This document shows, piece by piece, positions 22,397-32,467 of a stretch of DNA of 64,000 bases. A program made the translations under genes and the position numbers. The stretch lies in the NCBI GenBank assembly GCA_902628085.1, contig CACOLO010000007.1, forward strand, positions 4,236 to 68,235, read 5' to 3'. This DNA is from an uncultured SAR86 cluster bacterium. Its GTDB lineage: Bacteria; Pseudomonadota; Gammaproteobacteria; Magnimaribacterales; D2472. Position 1 is the stretch's first letter; every line of letters begins with the position of its first letter. The notes below the pieces were generated by a model that did not search any database, had not been told where the DNA came from, and saw only the letters and a program-made list of their open reading frames with translations.

Positions 22397-23516
22397 TTTT
22401 CTTCAACAACTTATAAGAATTCAATCGCTTTCTCCAAATGATGAAGGTTGTTTTGATCTAATTGAAAAAGAATTAAAAGAATTGAATTTTAAATGCGAAC
22501 GAATTAATTATCAGAACGTAGAAAATTTGTATGCAACGATAGGAGATTCTGGAAAACTTTTTTGTTTTCTTGGGCATACCGATGTAGTACCAAGTGGGCC
22601 TGAAGATAAATGGAAATACCCACCCTTCTCAGCAACAATTGAACAAGATATTCTATATGGTAGAGGAACAGCGGACATGAAATCATCTGTCGCTGTTTTT
22701 ATGGAAAGTGCAAAAGAATTTTTAAAGACCATAGAAAAGCTTAATTTCAGATTAGCAATATTACTAACATCTAATGAAGAAGGTAATTCTAAAGATGGAT
22801 TTATCGATAAGATTGTTGAAAAAATGATAGATGATGATGAGCATATTGATTTTTGCCTCGTTGGGGAACCAACATCTAGTAAGAAAGTCGCTGATTGTGC
22901 AAGAGTAGGAAGACGTGGGTCACTTGGCGGTAAATTAAAAATTTTTGGTAAGCAAGGACATATAGCCTATCCCGAAAATATTATCAATCCAATATTTTTA
23001 TCAAGTGACTTAATTACAAAACTAAAAAACAAAAAATGGGATAATGGGAATGATATTTTTGATCCAACAAGCTTTCAAATTTCTAATATAAGTTCTGGAA
23101 CTGGTGCTCATAATGTTGTACCTGGTAATCTTGAAATAATATTTAATTTCAGGTTCTCGACTGAATCATCTGAACAAAGCTTAAAAGCTGATTTTGAATC
23201 GATAATCAATGATCTTGGTATAAATTATGAATGTGAGTGGGATCTTAACGGTGACCCTTATTTAACAGAGGAAAATTTCTTCAAGGACATAGTCTGTTCC
23301 TCTGTTGAAGAAATAACAGGATATCTTCCAGAATTGAATGCTAAAGGTGGAACTTCAGATGGACGATTTGTAGCAAAAATGAATACTGAAATTGTTGAAT
23401 TAGGGCCTGTTAACCAGTCTATTCACCAAGTTGATGAGCATGTAAAAATTAGTGATTTATGGAAATTAAAGGATATTTATAAGAATATTCTAGTAAATCT
23501 TAATCAAAATCTTTAG
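22389..23516 (+). CDS. dapE: succinyl-diaminopimelate desuccinylase
   Basis: GHTDVVP, GRGTADMK, EE, GEPTS, GRRGS, GGTSDGRF, IHQVDE. Confidence 0.97.
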   Translation: MIDFLQQLIRIQSLSPNDEGCFDLIEKELKELNFKCERINYQNVENLYATIGDSGKLFCFLGHTDVVPSGPEDKWKYPPFSATIEQDILYGRGTADMKSSVAVFMESAKEFLKTIEKLNFRLAILLTSNEEGNSKDGFIDKIVEKMIDDDEHIDFCLVGEPTSSKKVADCARVGRRGSLGGKLKIFGKQGHIAYPENIINPIFLSSDLITKLKNKKWDNGNDIFDPTSFQISNISSGTGAHNVVPGNLEIIFNFRFSTESSEQSLKADFESIINDLGINYECEWDLNGDPYLTEENFFKDIVCSSVEEITGYLPELNAKGGTSDGRFVAKMNTEIVELGPVNQSIHQVDEHVKISDLWKLKDIYKNILVNLNQNL

Positions 23517-23619
23517 ATTTTTTCTTTCTATTATATTTTGTCTTATCTTTATGAGTTTTTGGTTTGTGAAACTTATCCATGTTTTTTTTAACAGGATCTT
23601 TTTTTTTAATTCGCGCCAT
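23500..23619 (-). CDS. unannotated 39-aa basic small protein MARIKKKDPVKKNMDKFHKPKTHKDKTKYNRKKKSKDFD (possible ArfA-like ribosome-associated peptide)
   Basis: Manually translated; ATG lies 14 nt inside the 3' end of the POT gene, the ORF fills the whole gap to dapE, 17/39 residues are K/R. Confidence 0.65.
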   Translation of the reverse strand: MARIKKKDPVKKNMDKFHKPKTHKDKTKYNRKKKSKDFD

Positions 23620-25081
23620 GCATCAGCTTTTTAAGAAGAGGTGTAATTATTGCTAAGAATATTCCACAACCTATTGCGATTAGTCCAACATCAGTATAAA
23701 CATCCATGAAAGCTTGTTTTTGAGCTAGATTAAAAACATCGCCTGCCTCTCCTGAAGACTCTGATGCAGTTGCTCTAGCAATTAATCCAGCTACATAGTT
23801 TCCAGCTGCAGAAGCAAAAAACCACATTCCCATCATAAAACCAACAATTCTCTGAGGAGATAATTTGGTAACGGATGAAAGTCCAACAGGAGACAAGCAA
23901 AGCTCTCCTAGGGTATGCAACAGATATATTAGTATTATCCAAAATACGCCTGTTTGAAGTCCCTCAGATGATTTCATGCCATAAACTAGAGCTAAAAATC
24001 CTAATCCAACAAAAACAATACCAATTGAGAACTTGATTGGTGTAGATGGTTCCATATTTCTTTTTGCAAGAGCTATCCATAAAAGAGCAAAAAGAGGAGC
24101 TATTGTAAAAATAAATCCAGCATTTAGAGATTGAAACATAGATGCTGGGACTTCCCAACCAAAAATTACTCTATCAACACCTCTATCAGTAAGAATGTTT
24201 AATGAAGATCCTGCCTGTTCAAATAAAGCCCAAAACATTAATGAAAATAATATTAAAATCCCCACAACTATTAATCTGTCTCTTTCTTCAGGAGCACATT
24301 TTAATAAAGCATAAAATAACCATGCGCCAATAAAAATGACTCCAAAGCCTCCTAATAATTGCCCGACTAGCTGTGAATTTTGAACTAAAAACCATGTTAT
24401 TAAGACCATCACAACACCAGAGATATATGCCCAATTTTCATATGAAATTCCGTTAATCTTTGTCATATATTTGTTTGATGGTGGCTCTGCTAAGCCCTCA
24501 AGATATTTTTGTCCCCATAAAAATATAATTAATCCCAGCAACATACCAATTCCAGCAGCTCCAAAACCATATGCCCAACCAATTTCTTCTCCTAAGTATC
24601 CGCAAAGAAGTGTCGCAGTAAAAGCACCAATATTTATACCCATATAAAAAATTGTAAAGCCTGAATCTCTTCTTGGATCTCCTTCTTCATACAAAGCTCC
24701 AACCATTGTTGAAATGTTTGGTTTTAAAAAACCTACACCTGAAACTATTAAAGCTAACGAAAGATAAAAAACCTGTTCGCTGCTTTCTACAGTCATGCCT
24801 AAGTGTCCAAACACTAATAAAATGGCGCCATAAGTTACAGCTTTCTTTGATCCTAAAATTTGATCAGCTAACATTCCTCCAAAAACCGGCATTATGTAAA
24901 CTAAAGATGTGTAAGCTCCATAGATTAGATAACTTGTTGTGTCAGTAAATTCCCAATGCTTTGTTAGGTAAAGTATCAGAAGTGCTCTCATTCCATAATA
25001 AGAAAACCTTTCCCACATTTCTGTTGCAAAACATACAAATAAACCTTTGGGATGTCCAAGAAAATCTGAAGTAGAACTCAT
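23606..25081 (-). CDS. POT/PTR family proton-dependent oligopeptide transporter (MFS)
   Basis: EMWERFSYYG (ExxERFxYY), FTIFYMGINIG, GELCLSPVG motifs. Confidence 0.95.
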   Translation of the reverse strand: MSSTSDFLGHPKGLFVCFATEMWERFSYYGMRALLILYLTKHWEFTDTTSYLIYGAYTSLVYIMPVFGGMLADQILGSKKAVTYGAILLVFGHLGMTVESSEQVFYLSLALIVSGVGFLKPNISTMVGALYEEGDPRRDSGFTIFYMGINIGAFTATLLCGYLGEEIGWAYGFGAAGIGMLLGLIIFLWGQKYLEGLAEPPSNKYMTKINGISYENWAYISGVVMVLITWFLVQNSQLVGQLLGGFGVIFIGAWLFYALLKCAPEERDRLIVVGILILFSLMFWALFEQAGSSLNILTDRGVDRVIFGWEVPASMFQSLNAGFIFTIAPLFALLWIALAKRNMEPSTPIKFSIGIVFVGLGFLALVYGMKSSEGLQTGVFWIILIYLLHTLGELCLSPVGLSSVTKLSPQRIVGFMMGMWFFASAAGNYVAGLIARATASESSGEAGDVFNLAQKQAFMDVYTDVGLIAIGCGIFLAIITPLLKKLMHGAN

Positions 25082-25120
25082 AATAATTTATTTTTTTTTA
25101 TAATTTAGTACTATACCAAA

Positions 25121-25531
25121 ATGTCTGAAAATTCACATAAAGTATTTCCTCTCAAAAGAATAGCTGCGGCCATATACGATTTATTATTATTGCTTGGTGT
25201 ATGGTTTGCATCAGGATCAATAGCTGTGTGGATAAATGGAGGTATTATTGAGAGTAAATGGATTGGTCCATTGATTGTATTTTTAAGCACATGGATTTTT
25301 TATGGATATTTTTGGACACATGGCGGCAAAACACTTGGAATGGCGGTCTGGAAATTTGAAATTTACAGTCTCGATAAAAAACCAGTAACCTTTTATCAGA
25401 TATCAATAAGGTACTTTTGTAACCTTTTAACATTTTTTTTATTTGGGCTCCCATTAGTATTAATTTATTTTACAAAAAATAATCTTTCACTAAGTGACAT
25501 CATTTCAAAAACAACGTATCAAAAAATTTAA
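25121..25531 (+). CDS. RDD family membrane protein
   Basis: KRIAAAIYD, GKTLGM, SLSDIISKT; usual neighbour of lptG. Confidence 0.9.
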   Translation: MSENSHKVFPLKRIAAAIYDLLLLLGVWFASGSIAVWINGGIIESKWIGPLIVFLSTWIFYGYFWTHGGKTLGMAVWKFEIYSLDKKPVTFYQISIRYFCNLLTFFLFGLPLVLIYFTKNNLSLSDIISKTTYQKI

Positions 25532-26535
25532 ATTTTCCTGTAAGAGTTTATTGCAAGCAACGCCAAAAGAATAGATGGGATCATTACTCCAATTAAAACT
25601 GACAAGTTAAATGAAATAAATATCCCAATTGATAAATCCTGCATAAGCTTATAGACAAAGGCACCAAAAACAGCAATTGTAATTCTTGCTCCAATGTTTA
25701 AATCTCTTAGTGAACCAAATATCAGTGACCCAAAATATGCAATTAAAGCAAAAATAGATAGTGGGATAAGTACTACTTTATATAAAGCTTTATCAATGTG
25801 CTGTTTGAAAAGAATATCATCCTCAAGTTTGCTTTCGATAAATAATTTTTTTAAATAATAGAGTTCTGAAATCTTTTCGTTTTGAATATTTTTTATTGAA
25901 ATTCTTGACTGTATTGGAATAACAAAATTTACTTGCTGATCATCATCAAATACTATTTTAGTATCATCAATCTTAGCTAGTTTTGACTCGAAAACACTTA
26001 TTTCCTTATCATCAATCAACTTTATTAGTTTTGCATTAAAAATATTATCTTCAATAATATCTTGATAGCCTAAAAATAAATCATTTTGATTTATCCATTT
26101 GCTCTCTTTAGAGGATATTGCTATTTCTAATAGAACATTCTTATTAATTTCTGCATTTATATATGACTTTTTGAATATAACTTCATCAAATAATATAAGT
26201 AAAGTAGCTAATAATATTGGTCCAATAGAACTTATTAAAACTATCTTAAAAGGCGACTTACCAGCAGATCTGAGAACATTTAAATTACCTTCTTGATGAG
26301 AAATTGCCAATGCAATCATAACTCCCAATAAGCAAGCCCCTTCAATAAAATCGATTAGTCTATGCGGCATTGACTGAAAAACATAACCCAAAATGCTAGT
26401 GAAATTATATCTTTCTGAAATATTCCCCAATTCAGAAATTAAAGAGAATACAGAATCAAGTATGCCAAATAATATTAAAATGGATATTGAGAAAATAAAT
26501 GATCTCTTTATTAAATATAAATTAAAAATGCCCAT
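25528..26535 (-). CDS. lptG: LPS export ABC transporter permease LptG
   Basis: Six TMs, GNLNVLRSAGKS, FGSLR; follows lptF. Confidence 0.9.
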   Translation of the reverse strand: MGIFNLYLIKRSFIFSISILILFGILDSVFSLISELGNISERYNFTSILGYVFQSMPHRLIDFIEGACLLGVMIALAISHQEGNLNVLRSAGKSPFKIVLISSIGPILLATLLILFDEVIFKKSYINAEINKNVLLEIAISSKESKWINQNDLFLGYQDIIEDNIFNAKLIKLIDDKEISVFESKLAKIDDTKIVFDDDQQVNFVIPIQSRISIKNIQNEKISELYYLKKLFIESKLEDDILFKQHIDKALYKVVLIPLSIFALIAYFGSLIFGSLRDLNIGARITIAVFGAFVYKLMQDLSIGIFISFNLSVLIGVMIPSILLALLAINSYRKI

Positions 26536-27686
26536 TAACTAACGATCCAAACAAAGAGAAAAATAATAAAAATTATCAGCATTATTCTTGGAGAATGACC
26601 TTTTTTAAAAATAATGTTTGGTTTTGAAAAATCTTGCCAAAAAAGACCAAACAAGCCTAAGAAAAGAAATAATAAGTGAGTCAGCCAAATATAGTATTGC
26701 GAGAGCGAATTGTCTCCATCAATGAGATCTCTGCTTAAAATAAGCAAACTCAAATAAAAAATATAAATAGCTATCGCAGGGAAAAATACTGATAACCTTC
26801 CCTGTCTAGGCTCAACTTTTGAAATACTAATACCAATAATTAATAGAATAAAGATTGTGATTGGAATTGAAATATTCCAAAGAAACTCGGATTTAGATGA
26901 CTTTAGAGAATAATCAAAAAGTTTTGAAAGTGATAAACCACTTAAAGAAGAAGTATCGTTAGCTATTGGTATTTTAAGTTTTCCAAAATCTGAAGTTATT
27001 TGATTTCTTGACTCAAAGATTCCTTGATGCAACTTTCCATCCTCAAATTTAAGATCTAATTCTGTTCCACGATTTTGAAACGTCATACTGTTCGAAAGAA
27101 TTAGTGAAGATGAATCTCCATCAGACAAGAAAATTGTTACTCCTTCTAGAACATTGTCATTTTTTTCATCAGAGTAAATGAAGCCATCACCTTCATTAAA
27201 CGTAAAAATTTTATTTGGTTTGATAGATTCAAATTGATCTTGAAAAGAATCAACTGAAAGTAAGTCTTTTGAAAGTTCCTTTGTATATGGTGCTACGAAC
27301 AAACTTAATACTAATGTAGAAAAAAAGAATGCAATTGCTTGAGGAAACAAAAACTTAAAAAGATTGTTTTTTGACAAGCCAGCAGAAAAATAACCATATA
27401 TTTCATTTTCTGCATACATTCTTGAAATAGTCACAACTACACCAAGAAAAAATGAAAAAGGTATTAGTAAAGTAATGAAATCTGGAAACCTAAGAACAAC
27501 AACTTTTAATATTATATTTGGATCCAATAGGCCCTCAGAGGCCTGCTCAAAATATCCAACAAATCTTGATCCAATGACTAAAAAAAAGAAAATGAATAAT
27601 ATGCCGACACTCGATTTTAAAACTTCAATATTCAAACTTTTTGAAAGAATATTTTTTTTATACATGCCTTGTGAAGTATGATGCAT
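26535..27686 (-). CDS. lptF: LPS export ABC transporter permease LptF
   Basis: RMYAENE..AGLS, VEPRQGR; divergent from pepA; start may be 27665. Confidence 0.92.
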   Translation of the reverse strand: MHHTSQGMYKKNILSKSLNIEVLKSSVGILFIFFFLVIGSRFVGYFEQASEGLLDPNIILKVVVLRFPDFITLLIPFSFFLGVVVTISRMYAENEIYGYFSAGLSKNNLFKFLFPQAIAFFFSTLVLSLFVAPYTKELSKDLLSVDSFQDQFESIKPNKIFTFNEGDGFIYSDEKNDNVLEGVTIFLSDGDSSSLILSNSMTFQNRGTELDLKFEDGKLHQGIFESRNQITSDFGKLKIPIANDTSSLSGLSLSKLFDYSLKSSKSEFLWNISIPITIFILLIIGISISKVEPRQGRLSVFFPAIAIYIFYLSLLILSRDLIDGDNSLSQYYIWLTHLLFLFLGLFGLFWQDFSKPNIIFKKGHSPRIMLIIFIIFLFVWIVS

Positions 27687-27731
27687 TACAATATTTATCT
27701 TATCAGTAAATACTATTACAGGAGAACTTAA

Positions 27732-29222
27732 ATGGCATATAAAGTTTTAAATAACGTTTCAGTAAAAGATGTAACATCATCTGATTTACTATCTCTTAAA
27801 ACAGATTTATTAGTAATTGTGATAAATAAAAACACCAAGGATAAAGTTGTTAATCAACTTGCAAAAGATGTTTCGTCACATTTAAAAGAATCTGGAAACT
27901 CAGTATTGGTTCCAAATGCTAAATCATTTAACGCTAAGAATGTGCTTTTAGTAAAAGGATATCAGGAGAGCGATCAAATTCACAAATTAATCTCAACGTA
28001 TCAATCAATTGCAAAAAAAGGCAATCAGTTAAAAGCCAAAGATATTTCAATAATGCCAGGGACGGTTTATCCAAAAGGTAAGTGTGAGATGTGGCTGATT
28101 GAAATGGTAGCTAAAACTATTGAATCAAACGTCTATATTTTTTCTGAAACATGCAATAAAACTGCAAAAAAACCAAGTGTTAAAAAGCTTAGCATTCTAG
28201 TATCTTCTCTTACAAAATCTGATTTGATAAAAGCTAAAAACGCTGCAAAAAAAGGATACGCAATTGGTGAAGGAGTTAATAGTGCCAAATATTTGGGTGA
28301 TCTGCCTGCTAATCATTGCACACCAAGAATCATTGAGAGGAAGGTAAAGGCAATGACAAAAGATTTTCCAAAGCTGAAAGTAAAATCATTCAATGAAAAT
28401 CAAATGAAAAAAATGGGCATGGGCTCATTTTTAAGTGTCTCTAGAGGAAGTGAAGAGCCTGCAAGAATGATGGTTATTGAATATAAAGGTGGTAAATCAT
28501 CAGAGAAACCAGTTGCTTTAGTGGGAAAAGGGGTAACTTTTGACACTGGTGGAGTTTCAATAAAGCCTAGTCCTGCAATGGATGAAATGAAATGGGATAT
28601 GTGTGGTGCAGCAACAGTATTTGGTGTCATGTCAATGCTTGCAAGACTAAATGCAAATGTAAACGTCGTGGGAATTATGGGTTGTGCTGAAAATATGTGT
28701 TCATCAAAGGCTACAAAACCAGGTGATGTTGTCACTTCGATGTCTGGACAAACCATTGAGATACTAAATACTGATGCTGAAGGACGACTTATTCTTGCAG
28801 ACTGTTTAACTTATGTTGGAAAGTATAAGCCATCACATGTAATTGATATGGCCACATTAACAGGTGCAGTTGTAATTGCTCTTGGAAGACATGCCAGCGG
28901 TGTAATGACAAATGATCAACATCTTGCAGATATGATCATTGAATCTGGTGAAGAGTCTGGAGACAGAGCATGGCAGTTACCTTTATGGGATGAACATCAA
29001 TCATGTACAAATACAAAATATGCAGATTTAGCTAATATTGGAGGCGGAAGAGAAGCAGGTACCATTCACGCTGCTGCATTCCTGTCTAAGTTTACCAAAG
29101 ATTATAAGTGGGCTCATATTGATATTGCTGCTACCGCATCCTATAGCACGCCTGTGAAAGCTGGAACTGGAAGGCCTGTTCCACTTATTAGTGAACTTCT
29201 TCTAAGTAAAAGATTGAAATAA
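27732..29222 (+). CDS. pepA: leucyl aminopeptidase (M17)
   Basis: GKGVTFDTGG, MKWDMCG, NTDAEGRL. Confidence 0.97.
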   Translation: MAYKVLNNVSVKDVTSSDLLSLKTDLLVIVINKNTKDKVVNQLAKDVSSHLKESGNSVLVPNAKSFNAKNVLLVKGYQESDQIHKLISTYQSIAKKGNQLKAKDISIMPGTVYPKGKCEMWLIEMVAKTIESNVYIFSETCNKTAKKPSVKKLSILVSSLTKSDLIKAKNAAKKGYAIGEGVNSAKYLGDLPANHCTPRIIERKVKAMTKDFPKLKVKSFNENQMKKMGMGSFLSVSRGSEEPARMMVIEYKGGKSSEKPVALVGKGVTFDTGGVSIKPSPAMDEMKWDMCGAATVFGVMSMLARLNANVNVVGIMGCAENMCSSKATKPGDVVTSMSGQTIEILNTDAEGRLILADCLTYVGKYKPSHVIDMATLTGAVVIALGRHASGVMTNDQHLADMIIESGEESGDRAWQLPLWDEHQSCTNTKYADLANIGGGREAGTIHAAAFLSKFTKDYKWAHIDIAATASYSTPVKAGTGRPVPLISELLLSKRLK

Positions 29223-29235
29223 AAACTAAGGCCAT

Positions 29236-31455
29236 ATGGATAAACAATATAATCCTATTGAAGTTGAGGAAAAATGGGTAAAAATATGGTCAAAAAGAAA
29301 AGTTTCTAATAAAGAATCCAAAGAATCTTTTTCGCAGGTAATACCTCCGCCAAATGTTACTGGCACACTCCATATGGGACATAGTTTCCAATACTCAATT
29401 ATGGACTTCTATACTAGATTTAATCATATGCAAGGCAAAGACTCATATTGGCAAGTTGGGAGTGATCATGCAGGAATAGCAACTCAAATGGTTGTAGAGA
29501 ACAATCTTTCAAAAAATAACATTACAAGAAAAGATCTGGGTAGAGAAAAATTTATAAAAGAAGTTTGGTCATGGAAAGACTATTCTGAAAAAAATATCAC
29601 TGCACAAATTAAGAGGCTGGGCTGTACTGTTGATTGGGATAAATATAGATTTACTCTTGATGACGGATGTAATGACGCTGTCATAAAAGCTTTCGTAGAA
29701 TTATATAGAAAAGACAAAGTTTATAGAGGTTATAGACTCGTAAACTGGGATCCTTCACTTAAAACAGCTGTTTCAGATCTTGAAGTTATTAGGCAAGAAA
29801 AAGACGGAATAATTTGGCACATAAAGTACCCTATTGAAGATAGTCAAGATTTTGTGATTGTTGCCACAACAAGACCTGAGACAATGTTTGGAGACATGGC
29901 TGTTGCAGTAAATCCAGAGGATAAAAGATATAAAGATTTAATTGGTAAAAAAATAATATTGCCTTTTGTAGGTAGAAAAATACCGATAATTGACGATAAA
30001 TATGTTGATATGGATTTTGGTACAGGATGCCTAAAAATTACACCTGCTCATGATTTTAATGACTATGAAATTGGAAAAAAATATTGTTTGCATGAAATTA
30101 ATGGAGAAGTATTTACTTCAAAAGATGCTGATAAATTTCAACCAATTAACATATTCAATGAAGATGCATGGTCCAATAAAAATGTGCCTAAGCCTTTTCA
30201 AAACCTTGACCGCTTTAAAGTAAGAAAACTTGTTCTCGAAAAATTAAATGAAAAGAAATTATTATTAAAAGAAGAAAAGCATCCCATCAGTGTTCCAAGA
30301 GGTGAAAGATCTAATATTGTAATTGAGCCAAGATTAAGTAATCAGTGGTATGTAAAAACTTCTGAGATGGCTAAAAAAGCCAATGATGCCGTTAATAATG
30401 GTGAAATAAAATTCCATCCTAATAATTGGATAAAAACTTATTTTAATTGGATGGATAACATAGAAGATTGGTGCATAAGCCGGCAAATTTGGTGGGGTCA
30501 TAGAATACCTGCTTGGTACGACGATGAAAATAATATATATGTTGGTTTCGATGAAACAGAAGTAAGAGAATACTATGATCTTGACAATAGAAAATTATCA
30601 CAAGATGAGGATGTTCTTGATACCTGGTTTTCCTCAAGTTTATGGCCATTCTCATCCTTGGGTTGGCCAAATGATTCAGAAGACTTAAAAAAACATTTTC
30701 CAACTTCTCTATTAGTCACTGGATTTGACATAATATTTTTCTGGGTAGCAAGAATGATTATGATGAGTATTGAATTTACTAATAAAATACCTTTCAAAGA
30801 TGTTTATGTAACGGGTTTAATAAGAGATGAAAATGGCCAAAAGATGTCTAAATCGAAGGGAAATATTATAGATCCATTAGATTTAGTATATGGGATATCT
30901 CAAGATGAATTAGTTATTAAGAGAACAGCTAATCTGATGCAAGAAGGGTTAGCTGAGAAAATTGAAAAGAAGACTAGGAATCAATTTCCTAAGGGCATTG
31001 AGTCTTATGGAACTGATGCCCTCAGAATGGCATTCTTTTCAATGGCTACGCATACAAAAGATATTAGTTTTGAGTTTGGTAGACTTAAAGGTTTTAGAAA
31101 TTTTTGTAACAAAATATGGAATGCTGCAAGGTTTATTGATGGTTATCCAATTGAAAAAGAAACATTTGATGCAGAAAATGATATAGACAAATGGATATAT
31201 GATGAATTTCAAAAGACCAAGGAACAAATTAATAAAAATATAATTGAATACAGGCTAGATTTCGCTGTTAATGAGATATATGAGTTTTTTTGGAGTAAAT
31301 TTTGTGATGTTTATATTGAAGAATGTAAGAATACAGGGAATACAGCCAACCTAAGGCCGCTTCTCAATGAAATCTTGCATGTTATGCACCCTTTTGCTCC
31401 TTTTATAACAGAGGAAATAAGTGATTTGTTGTTTAATAAAAGTATCATTAGTTAG
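29236..31455 (+). CDS. valS: valine--tRNA ligase, C-terminally short (739 aa)
   Basis: PPPNVTGTLHMGH, TTRPET, WCISRQIWWGH, KMSKS. Confidence 0.96.
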   Translation: MDKQYNPIEVEEKWVKIWSKRKVSNKESKESFSQVIPPPNVTGTLHMGHSFQYSIMDFYTRFNHMQGKDSYWQVGSDHAGIATQMVVENNLSKNNITRKDLGREKFIKEVWSWKDYSEKNITAQIKRLGCTVDWDKYRFTLDDGCNDAVIKAFVELYRKDKVYRGYRLVNWDPSLKTAVSDLEVIRQEKDGIIWHIKYPIEDSQDFVIVATTRPETMFGDMAVAVNPEDKRYKDLIGKKIILPFVGRKIPIIDDKYVDMDFGTGCLKITPAHDFNDYEIGKKYCLHEINGEVFTSKDADKFQPINIFNEDAWSNKNVPKPFQNLDRFKVRKLVLEKLNEKKLLLKEEKHPISVPRGERSNIVIEPRLSNQWYVKTSEMAKKANDAVNNGEIKFHPNNWIKTYFNWMDNIEDWCISRQIWWGHRIPAWYDDENNIYVGFDETEVREYYDLDNRKLSQDEDVLDTWFSSSLWPFSSLGWPNDSEDLKKHFPTSLLVTGFDIIFFWVARMIMMSIEFTNKIPFKDVYVTGLIRDENGQKMSKSKGNIIDPLDLVYGISQDELVIKRTANLMQEGLAEKIEKKTRNQFPKGIESYGTDALRMAFFSMATHTKDISFEFGRLKGFRNFCNKIWNAARFIDGYPIEKETFDAENDIDKWIYDEFQKTKEQINKNIIEYRLDFAVNEIYEFFWSKFCDVYIEECKNTGNTANLRPLLNEILHVMHPFAPFITEEISDLLFNKSIIS

Positions 31456-31906
31456 GTAAAATAAACATTTGTATATGATCAATGTCATCTTCGAGATAGA
31501 CATCACCTCTTGAGGTAAATCCGAGGTTTTCATAAAATTTTTCCAGCCTGTATTGTGCAGAAATAACAATTTCATGATTTGGAAATTTTTCAAATAAGAA
31601 GCTCTTTCCAAGGTTTGTTATATCTTTTCCTAAATTCAAATTTCTATAATCTTTTTTTACAACTATTCTTCCAATTGATGAACCCTCATATTTAATCTTA
31701 GGTTTAAATGCTCTCAGATATGCTACTAAATCATTTTCTTTATAACCAAGTAAATGGAATGCATCTTGGTCAGAATAATCAGCGTCAATATATGGGCAAT
31801 TCTGTTCATATACAAAAACTTCTTGTCTTAAATTAATAATTGCATAAAGCTCATCAATAGATAAATCCATATAATCCTTCCAAATGTAATTAATATTTGT
31901 ACTCAT
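31448..31906 (-). CDS. elaA: ElaA-like GNAT N-acetyltransferase
   Basis: LRQEVFVYEQNCPY, SIGRIVV, ISAQYRL, YLEDDIDH. Confidence 0.9.
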   Translation of the reverse strand: MSTNINYIWKDYMDLSIDELYAIINLRQEVFVYEQNCPYIDADYSDQDAFHLLGYKENDLVAYLRAFKPKIKYEGSSIGRIVVKKDYRNLNLGKDITNLGKSFLFEKFPNHEIVISAQYRLEKFYENLGFTSRGDVYLEDDIDHIQMFILPN

Positions 31907-31986
31907 AAAAGAGAATTTTTAATGTTCTTGTTTTGTTTAAATGCATACTATAATGTTTCACATTTTCTCATACATAGTAAAAATAT

Positions 31987-32466
31987 ATGAAAACAATTTA
32001 TGATTTTTCTGTCAAAGACTCAAAACTAAATGAAGTTTCTTTAACAAAATTTAAAGATAAGGTGCTACTAATTGTAAATGTTGCAAGTTATTGTGGTTTA
32101 ACTTATCAATATGAAGGTATAGAAAACCTTTATAAAAAATATAAAAAATCAGGTTTTGAAGTGCTTGCATTCCCATGCAATCAATTTGCACTTCAGGAAC
32201 CCGGTACTAATGAAGAAATTAGAAATTTTTGTGATACAAAGTATGCTATTACATTTGAAATTTTTAACAAAATACATGTTAATGGTTCAAAATCTGATCC
32301 GCTTTATAAATTTTTAAAAAATAAAATGCCAGGTGTGGCTGGAACATCACAAATTAAATGGAACTTTACTAAATTTTTAATTTCTAAAAATGGAGATATC
32401 GTTAAACGCTTTAGCCCTCAAACTGAAGCAAACGAAATTGAATTAAGCATAATGGAATTGCTTTAG
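31987..32466 (+). CDS. Cys-type glutathione peroxidase
   Basis: NVASYCGLT, FPCNQF, WNFTKFL. Confidence 0.96.
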   Translation: MKTIYDFSVKDSKLNEVSLTKFKDKVLLIVNVASYCGLTYQYEGIENLYKKYKKSGFEVLAFPCNQFALQEPGTNEEIRNFCDTKYAITFEIFNKIHVNGSKSDPLYKFLKNKMPGVAGTSQIKWNFTKFLISKNGDIVKRFSPQTEANEIELSIMELL

Positions 32467-32467
32467 T

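Noticed and set aside
32080-32100. Selenocysteine in glutathione peroxidase
   Set aside because: The active-site codon is TGT (Cys).
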